In this document: piece after piece, positions 25,225 to 40,329 of the stretch | Layout: the number at the start of each line of letters is the position of its first letter | Position numbering within the stretch: position 1 is the stretch's first letter | Assembly (NCBI GenBank): GCA_964057225.1 | Contig: OZ059900.1 | Location: 8,680,001-8,744,000, forward strand | DNA from: Auanema rhodensis | Taxonomy: Eukaryota > Animalia > Nematoda | Direction: 5' to 3' | DNA length: 64,000 nt | Program-made: the position numbers and the translations under genes | Notes under the pieces: generated by a model | Told to the model about the DNA's origin: nothing | Database searches by the model: none | What the model saw: only the letters and a program-made list of their open reading frames with translations

Positions 25225-28200
25225 TATCTCAAAGGGTCTGATCAAAACATACAGTTTTCACATGTTTTGTACCCAAAATCGTTGAATATATGGCGTTTTG
25301 AGCATAAAAAGGCCCATATTTCAATCAGTTTTGATATTCGTGCAAAATACACCTATATGAACATTCTTTGACAGTATTCCATACATTTAGTCGTTTTAGA
25401 AGAAAAAAATATGCTTAAGATCAAAAGTTTGACTGATTTTGCCAAAATGCCCTTCAAACCCCAAAAAACCAATAATTCTTGATATTTTCGGTCCTTTTTG
25501 ACCAAAGTGGTTAAAATTGGACATATATATGTGAAAATAGTCGAAGTTTATGAATCCTGAATTTTAAATCCATATCTCAAAGGGTCTGATCAAAACATAC
25601 AGTTTTCACATGTTTTGTACCCAAAATCGTTGAATATATGGCGTTTTGAGCATAAAAAGGCCCATATTTCAATCAGTTTTGATATTCGTGCAAAATACAC
25701 CTATATGAACATTCTATGACAGTATTTCATACATTTAGTCGTTTTAGAAAAAAAAAATATGCTTAAGATCAAAAGTTTGACTGATTTTGCCAAAATGCCC
25801 TTCAAACCCCAAAAAACCAATAAATCTTGATATTTTCGGTCCTTTTTGACCAAAGTGGTTAAAATTGAACATATATATGTAAAAATAGTCAAAGTTTATG
25901 AATCCTGAATTTCAAATCCATATCTCAAAGGGTCTGATCAAAACATACAGTTTTCATATGTTTTGTACCCAAAATCGTTGAATATATGGCGTTTTGAGCA
26001 TAAAAAGGCCCATATTTCAATCAGTTTTGATATTCGTGCAAAATACACCTAAATGAACATTCTATGACAGTATTTCATACATTTAGTCGTTTTAGAAGAA
26101 AAAAATATGCTTAAGATCAAAAGTTTGACTGATTTTGCCAAAATGCCCTTCAATCCCCAAAAAACCAATAATTCTTGATATTTTCGGTCCTTTTTGACCA
26201 AAGTGGTCAAAATTGGACATAAATATGTGAAAATAGTCAAAGTTTATGAATCCTGAATTTCAAATCCATATCTCAAAGGGTCTGATCAAAACATACAGTT
26301 TTCACATGTTTTGTACCCAAAATCGTTGAATATATGGCGTTTTGAGCATAAAAAGGCACATATTTCAATCAGTTTTGATATTCGTGCAAAATACACCTAT
26401 ATGAACATTCTATGACAGTATTTCATACATTTAGTCGTTTTAGAAGAAAAAAATATGCTTAAGATCAAAAGTTTGACTGATTTAGCCAAAATGTCCTTTA
26501 AACCCCAAAAAACCAATAATTCTTGATATTTTCGGTCCTTTTTGACCAAAGTGGTTAAAATTGAACATATATATGTGAAAATAGTCAAAGTTTATGAATC
26601 CTGAATTTCAAATCCATATCTCAAAGGGTCTGATCAAAACATACAGTTTTCACATGTTTTGTACCCAAAATCGTTGAATATATGGCGTTTTGAGCATAAA
26701 AAGGCACATATTTCAATCAGTTTTGATATTCGTGCAAAATACACCTATATGAACATTCTATGACAGTATTTCATACATTTAGTCGTTTTAGAAGAAAAAA
26801 ATATGCTTAAGATCAAAAGTTTGACTGATTTAGCCAAAATGTCCTTCAAACCCCAAAAAACCAATAATTCTTGATATTTTCGGTCCTTTTTGACCAAAGT
26901 GGTTAAAATTGAACATATATATGTGAAAATAGTCAAAGTTTATGAATCCTGAATTTCAAATTCATATCTCAAAGGGTCTGATCAAAACATACAGTTTTCA
27001 CATGTTTTGTACCCAAAATCGTTGAATATATGGCGTTTTGAGCATAAAAAGGCCCATATTTCAATCAGTTTTGATATTCGTGCAAAATACACCTATATCA
27101 ACATTCTATGACAGTATTCCATACATTTAGTCGTTTTAGAAGAAAAAAATATGCTTAAGATCAAAAGTTTGACTGATTTAGCCAAAATGCCCTTCAAACC
27201 CCAAAAAACCAATAATTCTTGATATTTTCGGTCCTTTTTGACCAAAGTGGTTAAAATTGAACATATATATGTAAAAATAGTCAAAGTTTATGAATCCTGA
27301 ATTTCAAATCCATATCTCAAAGGGTCTGATCAAAACATACAGTTTTCACATGTTTTGTACCCAAAATCGTTGAATATATGGCGTTTTGAGCATAAAAAGG
27401 CCCATATTTCAATCAGTTTTGATATTCGTGCAAAATACACCTATATGAACATTCTATGACAGTATTTCATACATTTAGTCGTTTTAGAAGAAAAAAATAT
27501 GCTTAAGATCAAAAGTTTGACTGATTTTGCCAAAATGCCCTTCAAACCCCAAAAAACCAATAATTCTTGATATTTTCGGTCCTTTTTGACCAAAGTGGTT
27601 AAAATTGAACATATATATTTGAAAATAGTCAAAGTTTATGAATCCTGAATTTCAAATCCATATCTCAAAAGGTCTGATCAAAACATACAGTTTTCACATG
27701 TTTTGTACCCAAAATCGTTGAATATATGGCGTTTTGAGCATAAAAAGGCCCATATTTCAATCAGTTTTGATATTCGTGCAAAATACACTTATATCAACAT
27801 TCTATGACAGTATTCCATACATTTAGTCGTTTTAGAAGAAAAAAATATGCTTAAGATCAAAAGTTTGACTGATTTAGCCAAAATGCCCTTCAAACCCCAA
27901 AAAACCAATAATTCTTGATATTTTCGGTCCTTTTTGACCAAAGTGGTTAGAATTGGACATATATATGTAGAAATAGTCGAAGTTTATGAATCCTGAATTT
28001 CAAATGCATATCTCAAAGGGTCTGATCAAAACATACAGTTTTCACATGTTTTGTACCCAAAATCGTTGAATATATGGCGTTTTGAGCATAAAAAGGCCCA
28101 TATTTCAATCAGTTTTGATATTCGTGCAAAATACACCTATATGAACATTCTTTGACAGTATTTCGTACATTTAGTCGTTTTAGAAGAAAAAAATATGCTT

Positions 28201-31200
28201 AAGATCAAAAGTTTGACTGATTTTGCCAAAATGCCCTTCAAACCCCAAAAAACCAATAATTCTTGATATTTTCGGTCCTTTTTGACCAAAGTGGTTAAAA
28301 TTGGACATATATATGTGAAAATAGTCGAAGTTTATGAATCCTGAATTTCAAATCCATATCTCAAAGGGTCTGATCAAAACATACAGTTTTCACATGTTTT
28401 GTACCCAAAATCGTTGAATATATGGCGTTTTGAGCATAAAAAGGCCCATATTTCAATCAGTTTTGATATTCGTGCAAAATACACCTATATGAACATTCTA
28501 TGACAGTATTTCATACATTTAGTCGTTTTAGAAAAAAAAAATATGCTTAAGATCAAAAGTTTGACTGATTTTGCCAAAATGCCCTTCAAACCCCAAAAAA
28601 CCAATAATTCTTGATATTTTCGGTCCTTTTTGACCAAAGTGGTTAAAATTGAACATATATATGTAAAAATAGTCAAAGTTTATGAATCCTGAATTTCAAA
28701 TCCATATCTCAAAGGGTCTGATCAAAACATACAGTTTTCATATGTTTTGTACCCAAAATCGTTGAATATATGGCGTTTTGAGCATAAAAAGGCCCATATT
28801 TCAATCAGTTTTGATATTCGTGCAAAATACACCTAAATGAACATTCTATGACAGTATTTCATACATTTAGTCGTTTTAGAAGAAAAAAATATGCTTAAGA
28901 TCAAAAGTTTGACTGATTTTGCCAAAATGCCCTTCAATCCCCAAAAAACCAATAATTCTTGATATTTTCGGTCCTTTTTGACCAAAGTGGTCAAAATTGG
29001 ACATAAATATGTGAAAATAGTCAAAGTTTATGAATCCTGAATTTCAAATCCATATCTCAAAGGGTCTGATCACAACATACAGTTTTCACATGTTTTGTAC
29101 CCAAAATCGTTGAATATATGGCGTTTTGAGCATAAAAAGGCCCATATTTTAATCAGTTTCGATATTCGTGCAAAATACACCTATATCAACATTCTATGAC
29201 AGTATTCCATACATTTAGTCGTTTTAGAAGAAAAAAATATGCTTAAGATCAAAAGTTTGACTGATTTTGCCAAAATGCCCTTCAATCCCCAAAAAACCAA
29301 TAATTCTTGATATTTTCGGTCCTTTTCGACCAAAGTGGTTAAAATTGAACATATATATGTAAAAATAGTCAAAGTTTATGAATCCTGAATTTCAAATCCA
29401 TATCTCAAAGGGTCTGATCAAAACATACAGTTTTCACATGTTTTGTACCCAAAATCGTTGAATATATGGCGTTTTGAGCATAAAAAGGCCCATATTTCAA
29501 TCAGTTTCGATATTCGTGCAAAATACACCTAAATGAACATTCTATGACAGTATTTCATACATTTAGTCGTTTTAGAAGAAAAAAATATGCTTAAGATCAA
29601 AAGTTTGACTGATTTTGCCAAAATGCCCTTCAATCCCCAAAAAACCAATAATTCTTGATATTTTCGGTCCTTTTCGACCAAAGTGGTTAAAATTGAACAT
29701 ATATATGTAAAAATAGTCAAAGTTTATGAATCCTGAATTTCAAATCCATATCTCAAAGGGTCTGATCAAAACATACAGTTTTCACATGTTTTGTACCCAA
29801 AATCGTTGAATATATGGCGTTTTGAGCATAAAAAGGCACATATTTCAATCAGTTTTGATATTCGTGCAAAATACACCTATATGAACATTCTATGACAGTA
29901 TTTCATACATTTAGTCGTTTTAGAAGAAAAAAATATGCTTAAGATCAAAAGTTTGACTGATTTAGCCAAAATGTCCTTCAAACCCCAAAAAACCAATAAT
30001 TCTTGATATTTTCGGTCCTTTTTGACCAAAGTGGTTAAAATTGAACATATATATGTGAAAATAGTCAAAGTTTATGAATCCTGAATTTCAAATTCATATC
30101 TCAAAGGGTCTGATCAAAACATACAGTTTTCACATGTTTTGTACCCAAAATCGTTGAATATATGGCGTTTTGAGCATAAAAAGGCACATATTTCAATCAG
30201 TTTTGATATTCGTGCAAAATACACCTATATGAACATTCTATGACAGTATTTCATACATTTAGTCGTTTTAGAAGAAAAAAATATGCTTAAGATCAAAAGT
30301 TTGACTGATTTAGCCAAAATGTCCTTCAAACCCCAAAAAACCAATAATTCTTGATATTTTCGGTCCTTTTTGACCAAAGTGGTTAAAATTGAACATATAT
30401 ATGTGAAAATAGTCAAAGTTTATGAATCCTGAATTTCAAATTCATATCTCAAAGGGTCTGATCAAAACATACAGTTTTCACATGTTTTGTACCCAAAATC
30501 GTTGAATATATGGCGTTTTGAGCATAAAAAGGCCCATATTTCAATGAGTTTTGATATTCGTGCAAAATACACCTATATCAACATTCTATGACAGTATTCC
30601 ATACATTTAGTCGTTTTAGAAGAAAAAAATATGCTTAAGATCAAAAGTTTGACTGATTTAGCCAAAATGCCCTTCAAACCCCAAAAAACCAATAATTCTT
30701 GATATTTTCGGTCCTTTTTGACCAAAGTGGTTAAAATTGAACATATATATGTAAAAATAGTCAAAGTTTATGAATCCTGAATTTCAAATCCATATCTCAA
30801 AGGGTCTGATCAAAACATACAGTTTTCACATGTTTTGTACCCAAAATCGTTGAATATATGGCGTTTTGAGCATAAAAAGGCCCATATTTCAATCAGTTTT
30901 GATATTCGTGCAAAATACACCTATATGAACATTCTTTGACAGTATTCCATACATTTAGTCGTTTTAGAAGAAAAAAATATGCTTAAGATCAAAAGTTTGA
31001 CTGATTTTGCCAAAATGCCCTTCAAACCCCAAAAAACCAATAATTCTTGATATTTTCGGTCCTTTTTGACCAAAGTGGTTAAAATTGGACATATATATGT
31101 GAAAATAGTCGAAGTTTATGAATCCTGAATTTCAAATCCATATCTCAAAGGGTCTGATCAAAACATACAGTTTTCACATGTTTTGTACCCAAAATCGTTG

Positions 31201-34200
31201 AATATATGGCGTTTTGAGCATAAAAAGGCCCATATTTCAATCAGTTTTGATATTCGTGCAAAATACACCTATATGAACATTCTATGACAGTATTTCATAC
31301 ATTTAGTCGTTTTAGAAAAAAAAAATATGCTTAAGATCAAAAGTTTGACTGATTTTGCCAAAATGCCCTTCAAACCCCAAAAAACCAATAAATCTTGATA
31401 TTTTCGGTCCTTTTTGACCAAAGTGGTTAAAATTGAACATATATATGTAAAAATAGTCAAAGTTTATGAATCCTGAATTTCAAATCCATATCTCAAAGGG
31501 TCTGATCAAAACATACAGTTTTCATATGTTTTGTACCCAAAATCGTTGAATATATGGCGTTTTGAGCATAAAAAGGCCCATATTTCAATCAGTTTTGATA
31601 TTCGTGCAAAATACACCTAAATGAACATTCTATGACAGTATTTCATACATTTAGTCGTTTTAGAAGAAAAAAATATGCTTAAGATCAAAAGTTTGACTGA
31701 TTTTGCCAAAATGCCCTTCAATCCCCAAAAAACCAATAATTCTTGATATTTTCGGTCCTTTTTGACCAAAGTGGTCAAAATTGGACATAAATATGTGAAA
31801 ATAGTCAAAGTTTATGAATCCTGAATTTCAAATCCATATCTCAAAGGGTCTGATCAAAACATACAGTTTTCACATGTTTTGTACCCAAAATCGTTGAATA
31901 TATGGCGTTTTGAGCATAAAAAGGCACATATTTCAATCAGTTTTGATATTCGTGCAAAATACACCTATATGAACATTCTATGACAGTATTTCATACATTT
32001 AGTCGTTTTAGAAGAAAAAAATATGCTTAAGATCAAAAGTTTGACTGATTTAGCCAAAATGTCCTTTAAACCCCAAAAAACCAATAATTCTTGATATTTT
32101 CGGTCCTTTTTGACCAAAGTGGTTAAAATTGAACATATATATGTGAAAATAGTCAAAGTTTATGAATCCTGAATTTCAAATCCATATCTCAAAGGGTCTG
32201 ATCAAAACATACAGTTTTCACATGTTTTGTACCCAAAATCGTTGAATATATGGCGTTTTGAGCATAAAAAGGCACATATTTCAATCAGTTTTGATATTCG
32301 TGCAAAATACACCTATATGAACATTCTATGACAGTATTTCATACATTTAGTCGTTTTAGAAGAAAAAAATATGCTTAAGATCAAAAGTTTGACTGATTTA
32401 GCCAAAATGTCCTTCAAACCCCAAAAAACCAATAATTCTTGATATTTTCGGTCCTTTTTGACCAAAGTGGTTAAAATTGAACATATATATGTGAAAATAG
32501 TCAAAGTTTATGAATCCTGAATTTCAAATTCATATCTCAAAGGGTCTGATCAAAACATACAGTTTTCACATGTTTTGTACCCAAAATCGTTGAATATATG
32601 GCGTTTTGAGCATAAAAAGGCCCATATTTCAATCAGTTTTGATATTCGTGCAAAATACACCTATATCAACATTCTATGACAGTATTCCATACATTTAGTC
32701 GTTTTAGAAGAAAAAAATATGCTTAAGATCAAAAGTTTGACTGATTTAGCCAAAATGCCCTTCAAACCCCAAAAAACCAATAATTCTTGATATTTTCGGT
32801 CCTTTTTGACCAAAGTGGTTGAAATTGAACATATATATGTAAAAATAGTCAAAGTTTATGAATCCTGAATTTCAAATCCATATCTCAAAGGGTCTGATCA
32901 AAACATACAGTTTTCACATGTTTTGTACCCAAAATCGTTGAATATATGGCGTTTTGAGCATAAAAAGGCCCATATTTCAATCAGTTTTGATATTCGTGCA
33001 AAATACACCTATATGAACATTCTATGACAGTATTTCATACATTTAGTCGTTTTAGAAGAAAAAAATATGCTTAAGATCAAAAGTTTGACTGATTTTGCCA
33101 AAATGCCCTTCAAACCCCAAAAAACCAATAATTCTTGATATTTTCGGTCCTTTTTGACCAAAGTGGTTAAAATTGAACATATATATGTGAAAATAGTCAA
33201 AGTTTATGAATCCTGAATTTCAAATCCATATCTCAAAAGGTCTGATCAAAACATACAGTTTTCACATGTTTTGTACCCAAAATCGTTGAATATATGGCGT
33301 TTTGAGCATAAAAAGGCCCATATTTCAATCAGTTTTGATATTCGTGCAAAATACACTTATATCAACATTCTATGACAGTATTCCATACATTTAGTCGTTT
33401 TAGAAGAAAAAAATATGCTTAAGATCAAAAGTTTGACTGATTTAGCCAAAATGCCCTTCAAACCCCAAAAAACCAATAATTCTTGATATTTTCGGTCCTT
33501 TTTGACCAAAGTGGTTAGAATTGGACATATATATGTAGAAATAGTCGAAGTTTATGAATCCTGAATTTCAAATGCATATCTCAAAGGGTCTGATCAAAAC
33601 ATACAGTTTTCACATGTTTTGTACCCAAAATCGTTGAATATATGGCGTTTTGAGCATAAAAAGGCCCATATTTCAATCAGTTTTGATATTCGTGCAAAAT
33701 ACACCTATATGAACATTCTTTGACAGTATTTCGTACATTTAGTCGTTTTAGAAGAAAAAAATATGCTTAAGATCAAAAGTTTGACTGATTTTGCCAAAAT
33801 GCCCTTCAAACCCCAAAAAACCAATAATTCTTGATATTTTCGGTCCTTTTTGACCAAAGTGGTTAAAATTGGACATATATATGTGAAAATAGTCGAAGTT
33901 TATGAATCCTGAATTTCAAATCCATATCTCAAAGGGTCTGATCAAAACATACAGTTTTCACATGTTTTGTACCCAAAATCGTTGAATATATGGCGTTTTG
34001 AGCATAAAAAGGCCCATATTTCAATCAGTTTTGATATTCGTGCAAAATACACCTATATGAACATTCTATGACAGTATTTCATACATTTAGTCGTTTTAGA
34101 AAAAAAAAATATGCTTAAGATCAAAAGTTTGACTGATTTTGCCAAAATGCCCTTCAAACCCCAAAAAACCAATAATTCTTGATATTTTCGGTCCTTTTTG

Positions 34201-36503
34201 ACCAAAGTGGTTAAAATTGAACATATATATGTAAAAATAGTCAAAGTTTATGAATCCTGAATTTCAAATCCATATCTCAAAGGGTCTGATCAAAACATAC
34301 AGTTTTCATATGTTTTGTACCCAAAATCGTTGAATATATGGCGTTTTGAGCATAAAAAGGCCCATATTTCAATCAGTTTTGATATTCGTGCAAAATACAC
34401 CTAAATGAACATTCTATGACAGTATTTCATACATTTAGTCGTTTTAGAAGAAAAAAATATGCTTAAGATCAAAAGTTTGACTGATTTTGCCAAAATGCCC
34501 TTCAATCCCCAAAAAACCAATAATTCTTGATATTTTCGGTCCTTTTTGACCAAAGTGGTCAAAATTGGACATAAATATGTGAAAATAGTCAAAGTTTATG
34601 AATCCTGAATTTCAAATCCATATCTCAAAGGGTCTGATCACAACATACAGTTTTCACATGTTTTGTACCCAAAATCGTTGAATATATGGCGTTTTGAGCA
34701 TAAAAAGGCCCATATTTTAATCAGTTTCGATATTCGTGCAAAATACACCTATATCAACATTCTATGACAGTATTCCATACATTTAGTCGTTTTAGAAGAA
34801 AAAAATATGCTTAAGATCAAAAGTTTGACTGATTTTGCCAAAATGCCCTTCAATCCCCAAAAAACCAATAATTCTTGATATTTTCGGTCCTTTTCGACCA
34901 AAGTGGTTAAAATTGAACATATATATGTAAAAATAGTCAAAGTTTATGAATCCTGAATTTCAAATCCATATCTCAAAGGGTCTGATCAAAACATACAGTT
35001 TTCACATGTTTTGTACCCAAAATCGTTGAATATATGGCGTTTTGAGCATAAAAAGGCCCATATTTCAATCAGTTTCGATATTCGTGCAAAATACACCTAA
35101 ATGAACATTCTATGACAGTATTTCATACATTTAGTCGTTTTAGAAGAAAAAAATATGCTTAAGATCAAAAGTTTGACTGATTTTGCCAAAATGCCCTTCA
35201 ATCCCCAAAAAACCAATAATTCTTGATATTTTCGGTCCTTTTCGACCAAAGTGGTTAAAATTGAACATATATATGTAAAAATAGTCAAAGTTTATGAATC
35301 CTGAATTTCAAATCCATATCTCAAAGGGTCTGATCAAAACATACAGTTTTCACATGTTTTGTACCCAAAATCGTTGAATATATGGCGTTTTGAGCATAAA
35401 AAGGCACATATTTCAATCAGTTTTGATATTCGTGCAAAATACACCTATATGAACATTCTATGACAGTATTTCATACATTTAGTCGTTTTAGAAGAAAAAA
35501 ATATGCTTAAGATCAAAAGTTTGACTGATTTAGCCAAAATGTCCTTCAAACCCCAAAAAACCAATAATTCTTGATATTTTCGGTCCTTTTTGACCAAAGT
35601 GGTTAAAATTGAACATATATATGTGAAAATAGTCAAAGTTTATGAATCCTGAATTTCAAATTCATATCTCAAAGGGTCTGATCAAAACATACAGTTTTCA
35701 CATGTTTTGTACCCAAAATCGTTGAATATATGGCGTTTTGAGCATAAAAAGGCACATATTTCAATCAGTTTTGATATTCGTGCAAAATACACCTATATGA
35801 ACATTCTATGACAGTATTTCATACATTTAGTCGTTTTAGAAGAAAAAAATATGCTTAAGATCAAAAGTTTGACTGATTTAGCCAAAATGTCCTTCAAACC
35901 CCAAAAAACCAATAATTCTTGATATTTTCGGTCCTTTTTGACCAAAGTGGTTAAAATTGAACATATATATGTGAAAATAGTCAAAGTTTATGAATCCTGA
36001 ATTTCAAATTCATATCTCAAAGGGTCTGATCAAAACATACAGTTTTCACATGTTTTGTACCCAAAATCGTTGAATATATGGCGTTTTGAGCATAAAAAGG
36101 CCCATATTTCAATGAGTTTTGATATTCGTGCAAAATACACCTATATCAACATTCTATGACAGTATTCCATACATTTAGTCGTTTTAGAAGAAAAAAATAT
36201 GCTTAAGATCAAAAGTTTGACTGATTTAGCCAAAATGCCCTTCAAACCCCAAAAAACCAATAATTCTTGATATTTTCGGTCCTTTTTGACCAAAGTGGTT
36301 AAAATTGAACATATATATGTAAAAATAGTCAAAGTTTATGAATCCTGAATTTCAAATCCATATCTCAAAGGGTCTGATCAAAACATACAGTTTTCACATG
36401 TTTTGTACCCAAAATCGTTGAATATATGGCGTTTTGAGCATAAAAAGGCCCATATTTCAATCAGTTTTGATATTCGTGCAAAATACACCTATATGAACAT
36501 TCT
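25225..36503. repeat. Complete tandem 16-monomer higher-order repeat (5568 bp x 2)
   Basis: ORFs map 25701 to 31269 through 30573 to 36141. Shared rare variants are GTCCTTTAAA (about 26499/32067), GATCACAAC (29073/34641) and TCAATGAGTT (30546/36114). Confidence 0.95.
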
Positions 36504-39500
36504 ATGAAAGTATTTCATACATTTAGTCGTTTTAGAAGAAAAAAATATGCTTAAGATCAAAAGTTTGACTGATTTTGCCAAAATGCCCTTCAAACCCCAA
36601 AAAACCAATAATTCTTGATATTTTCGGTCCTTTTTGACCAAAGTGGTTAAAATTGAACATATATATGTGAAAATAGTCAAAGTTTATAAATCCTGAATTT
36701 CAAATCCATATCTCAAAAGGTCTGATCAAAACATACAGTTTTCACATGTTTTGTACCCAAAATCGTTGAATATATGGCGTTTTGAGCATAAAAAGGCCCA
36801 TATTTCAATCAGTTTTGATATTCGTGCAAAATACACTTATATCAACATTCTATGACAGTATTCCATACATTTAGTCGTTTTAGAAGAAAAAAATATGCTT
36901 AAGATCAAAAGTTTGACTGATTTAGCCAAAATGCCCTTCAAACCCCAAAAAACCAATAATTCTTGATATTTTCGGTCCTTTTTGACCAAAGTGGTTAGAA
37001 TTGGACATATATATGTAGAAATAGTCGAAGTTTATGAATCCTGAATTTCAAATGCATATCTCAAAGGGTCTGATCAAAACATACAGTTTTCACATGTTTT
37101 GTACCCAAAATCGTTGAATATATGGCGTTTTGAGCATAAAAAGGCCCATATTTCAATCAGTTTTGATATTCGTGCAAAACACACTTATATCAACATTCTA
37201 TGACAGTATTCCATACATTTAGTCGTTTTAGAAGAAAAAAATATGCTTAAGATCAAAAGTTTGACTGATTTAGCCAAAATGCCCTTCAAACCCCAAAAAA
37301 CCAATAATTCTTGATATTTTCGGTCCTTTTTGACCAAAGTGGTTAAAATTGAACATATATATGTGAAAATAGTCAAAGTTTATGAATCCTGAATTTCAAA
37401 TCCAGATCTCAAAAGGTCTGATCAAAACATACAGTTTTCACATGTTTTGTACCCAAAATCGTTGAATATATGGCGTTTTGAGCATAAAAAGGCCCATATT
37501 TCAATCAGTTTTGATATTCGTGCAAAATACACCTATATGAACATTCTATGACAGTATTTCATACATTTAGTCGTTTTAGAAAAAAAAAATATGCTTAAGA
37601 TCAAAAGTTTGACTGATTTTGCCAAAATGCCCTTCAAACCCCAAAAAACCAATAATTCTTGATATTTTCGGTCCTTTTTGACCAAAGTGGTTAAAATTGA
37701 ACATATATATGTAAAAATAGTCAAAGTTTATGAATCCTGAATTTCAAATCCATATCTCAAAGGGTCTGATCAAAACATACAGTTTTCACATGTTTTGTAC
37801 CCAAAATCGTTGAATATATGGCGTTTTGAGCATAAAAAGGCCCATATTTCAATCAGTTTTGATATTCGTGCAAAATACACCTAAATGAACATTCTATGAC
37901 AGTATTTCATACATTTAGTCGTTTTAGAAGAAAAAAATATGCTTAAGATCAAAAGTTTGACTGATTTTGCCAAAATGCCCTTCAATCCCCAAAAAACCAA
38001 TAATTCTTGATATTTTCGGTCCTTTTTGACCAAAGTGGTCAAAATTGGACATAAATATGTGAACATAGTCAAAGTTTATGAATCCTGAATTTCAAATCCA
38101 TATCTCAAAGGGTCTGATCACAACATACAGTTTTCACATGTTTTGTACCCAAAATCGTTGAATATATGGCGTTTTGAGCATAAAAAGGCCCATATTTCAA
38201 TCAGTTTTGATATTCGTGCAAAATACACCTATATGAACATTTTATGACAGTATTTCATACATTTAGTCGTTTTAGAAAAAAAAAATATGCTTAAGATCAA
38301 AAGTTTGAGTGATTTTGCCAACATGCCCTTCAAACCCCAAAAAACCAATAATTCTTGATATTTTCGGTCCTTTTTGACCAAAGTGGTTGAAATTGAACAT
38401 ATATATGTAAAAATAGTCAAAGATTATGAATCCTGAATTTCAAATCCATATCTCAAAGGGTCTGATCAAAATATACAGTTTTCACATGTTTTGTACCCAG
38501 AATCGTTGAATATATGGCGTTTTGAGCATAAAAAGGCCCATATTTTAATCAGTTTCGATATTCGTGCAAAATACACCTATATCAACATTCTATGACAGTA
38601 TTCCATACATTTAGTCGTTTTAGAAGAAAAAAATATGCTTAAGATCAAAAGTTTGACTGATTTTGCCAAAATGCCCTTCAATCCCCAAAAAACCAATAAT
38701 TCTTGATATTTTCGGTCCTTTTCGACCAAATTGGTTAAAATTGAACATATATATGTAAAAATAGTCAAAGTTTATGAATCCTGAATTTCAAATCCATATC
38801 TCAAAGGGTCTGATCAAAACATACAGTTTTCACATGTTTTGTACCCAAAATCGTTGAATATATGGCGTTTTGAGCATAAAAAGGCCCATATTTCAATCAG
38901 TTTCGATATTCGTGCAAAATACACCTAAATGAACATTCTATGACAGTATTTCATACATTTAGTCGTTTTAGAAGAAAAAAATATGCTTAAGATCAAAAGT
39001 TTGACTGATTTTGCCAAAATGCCCTTCAATCCCCAAAAAACCAATAATTCTTGATATTTTCGGTCCTTTTTGACCAAAGTGGTTAAAATTGGACATAAAT
39101 ATGTAAAAATAGTCAAAGTTTATGAATCCTGAATTTCAAATCCATATCTCAAAGGGTCTGATCAAAACATACAGTTTTCACATGTTTTGTACCCAAAATC
39201 GTTGAATATATGGCGTTTTGAGCATAAAAAGGCCCATATTTCAATCAGTTTCGATATTCGTGCAAAATACACCTATATCAACATTCTATGACAGTATTCC
39301 ATACATTTAGTCGTTTTAGAAGAAAAAAATATGCTTAAGATCAAAAGTTTGACTGATTTTGCCAAAATGCCCTTCAATCCCCAAAAAACCAATAATTCTT
39401 GATATTTTCGGTCCTTTTTGACCAAAGTGGTTAAAATTGGACATAAATATGTAAAAATAGTCAAAGTTCATGAATCGTGAATTTCAAATCCATATCTCAA

Positions 39501-40329
39501 AGGGTCTGATCAAAACATACAGTTTTCACATGTTTTGTACCCAAAATCGTTGAATATATGGCGTTTTGAGCATAAAAAGGCCCATATTTCAATCAGTTTC
39601 CATATTCGTGCAAAATACACCTATATCAACATTCTATGACAGTATTCCATACATTTAGTCGTTTTAGAAGAAAAAAATATGCTTAAGATCAAAAGTTTGA
39701 CTGATTTTGCCAAAATGCCCTTCAATCCCCAAAAAACCAATAATTCTTGATATTTTCGGTCCTTTTTGACCAAAGTGGTTAAAATTGAACATATATATGT
39801 AAAAATAGTCAAAGTTTATGAATCCTGAATTTCAAATCCATATCTCAAAGGGTCTGATCAAAACATACAGTTTTCACATGTTTTGTACCCAAAATCGTTG
39901 AATATATGGCGTTTTGAGCATAAAAAGGCCCATATTTCAATCAGTTTTGATATTCGTGCAAAATACACCTATATGAACATTCTTTGACAGTATTTCATAC
40001 ATTTAGTCGTTTTAGAAGAAAAAAATATGCTTAAGATCAAAAGTTTGACTGATTTTGCCAAAATGCCCTTCAAACCCCAAAAAACCAATAATTCTTGATA
40101 TTTTCGGTCCTTTTTGACCAAAGTGGTTAAAATTGGACATATATATGTAGAAATAGTCGAAGTTTATGAATCCTGAATTTCAAATCCATATCTCAAAGGG
40201 TCTGATCAAAACATACAGTTTTCACATGTTTTGTACCCAAAATCGTTGAATATATGGCGTTTTGAGCATAAAAAGGCCCATATTTCAATCAGTTTTGATA
40301 TTCGTGCAAAATACACCTATATGAACATT

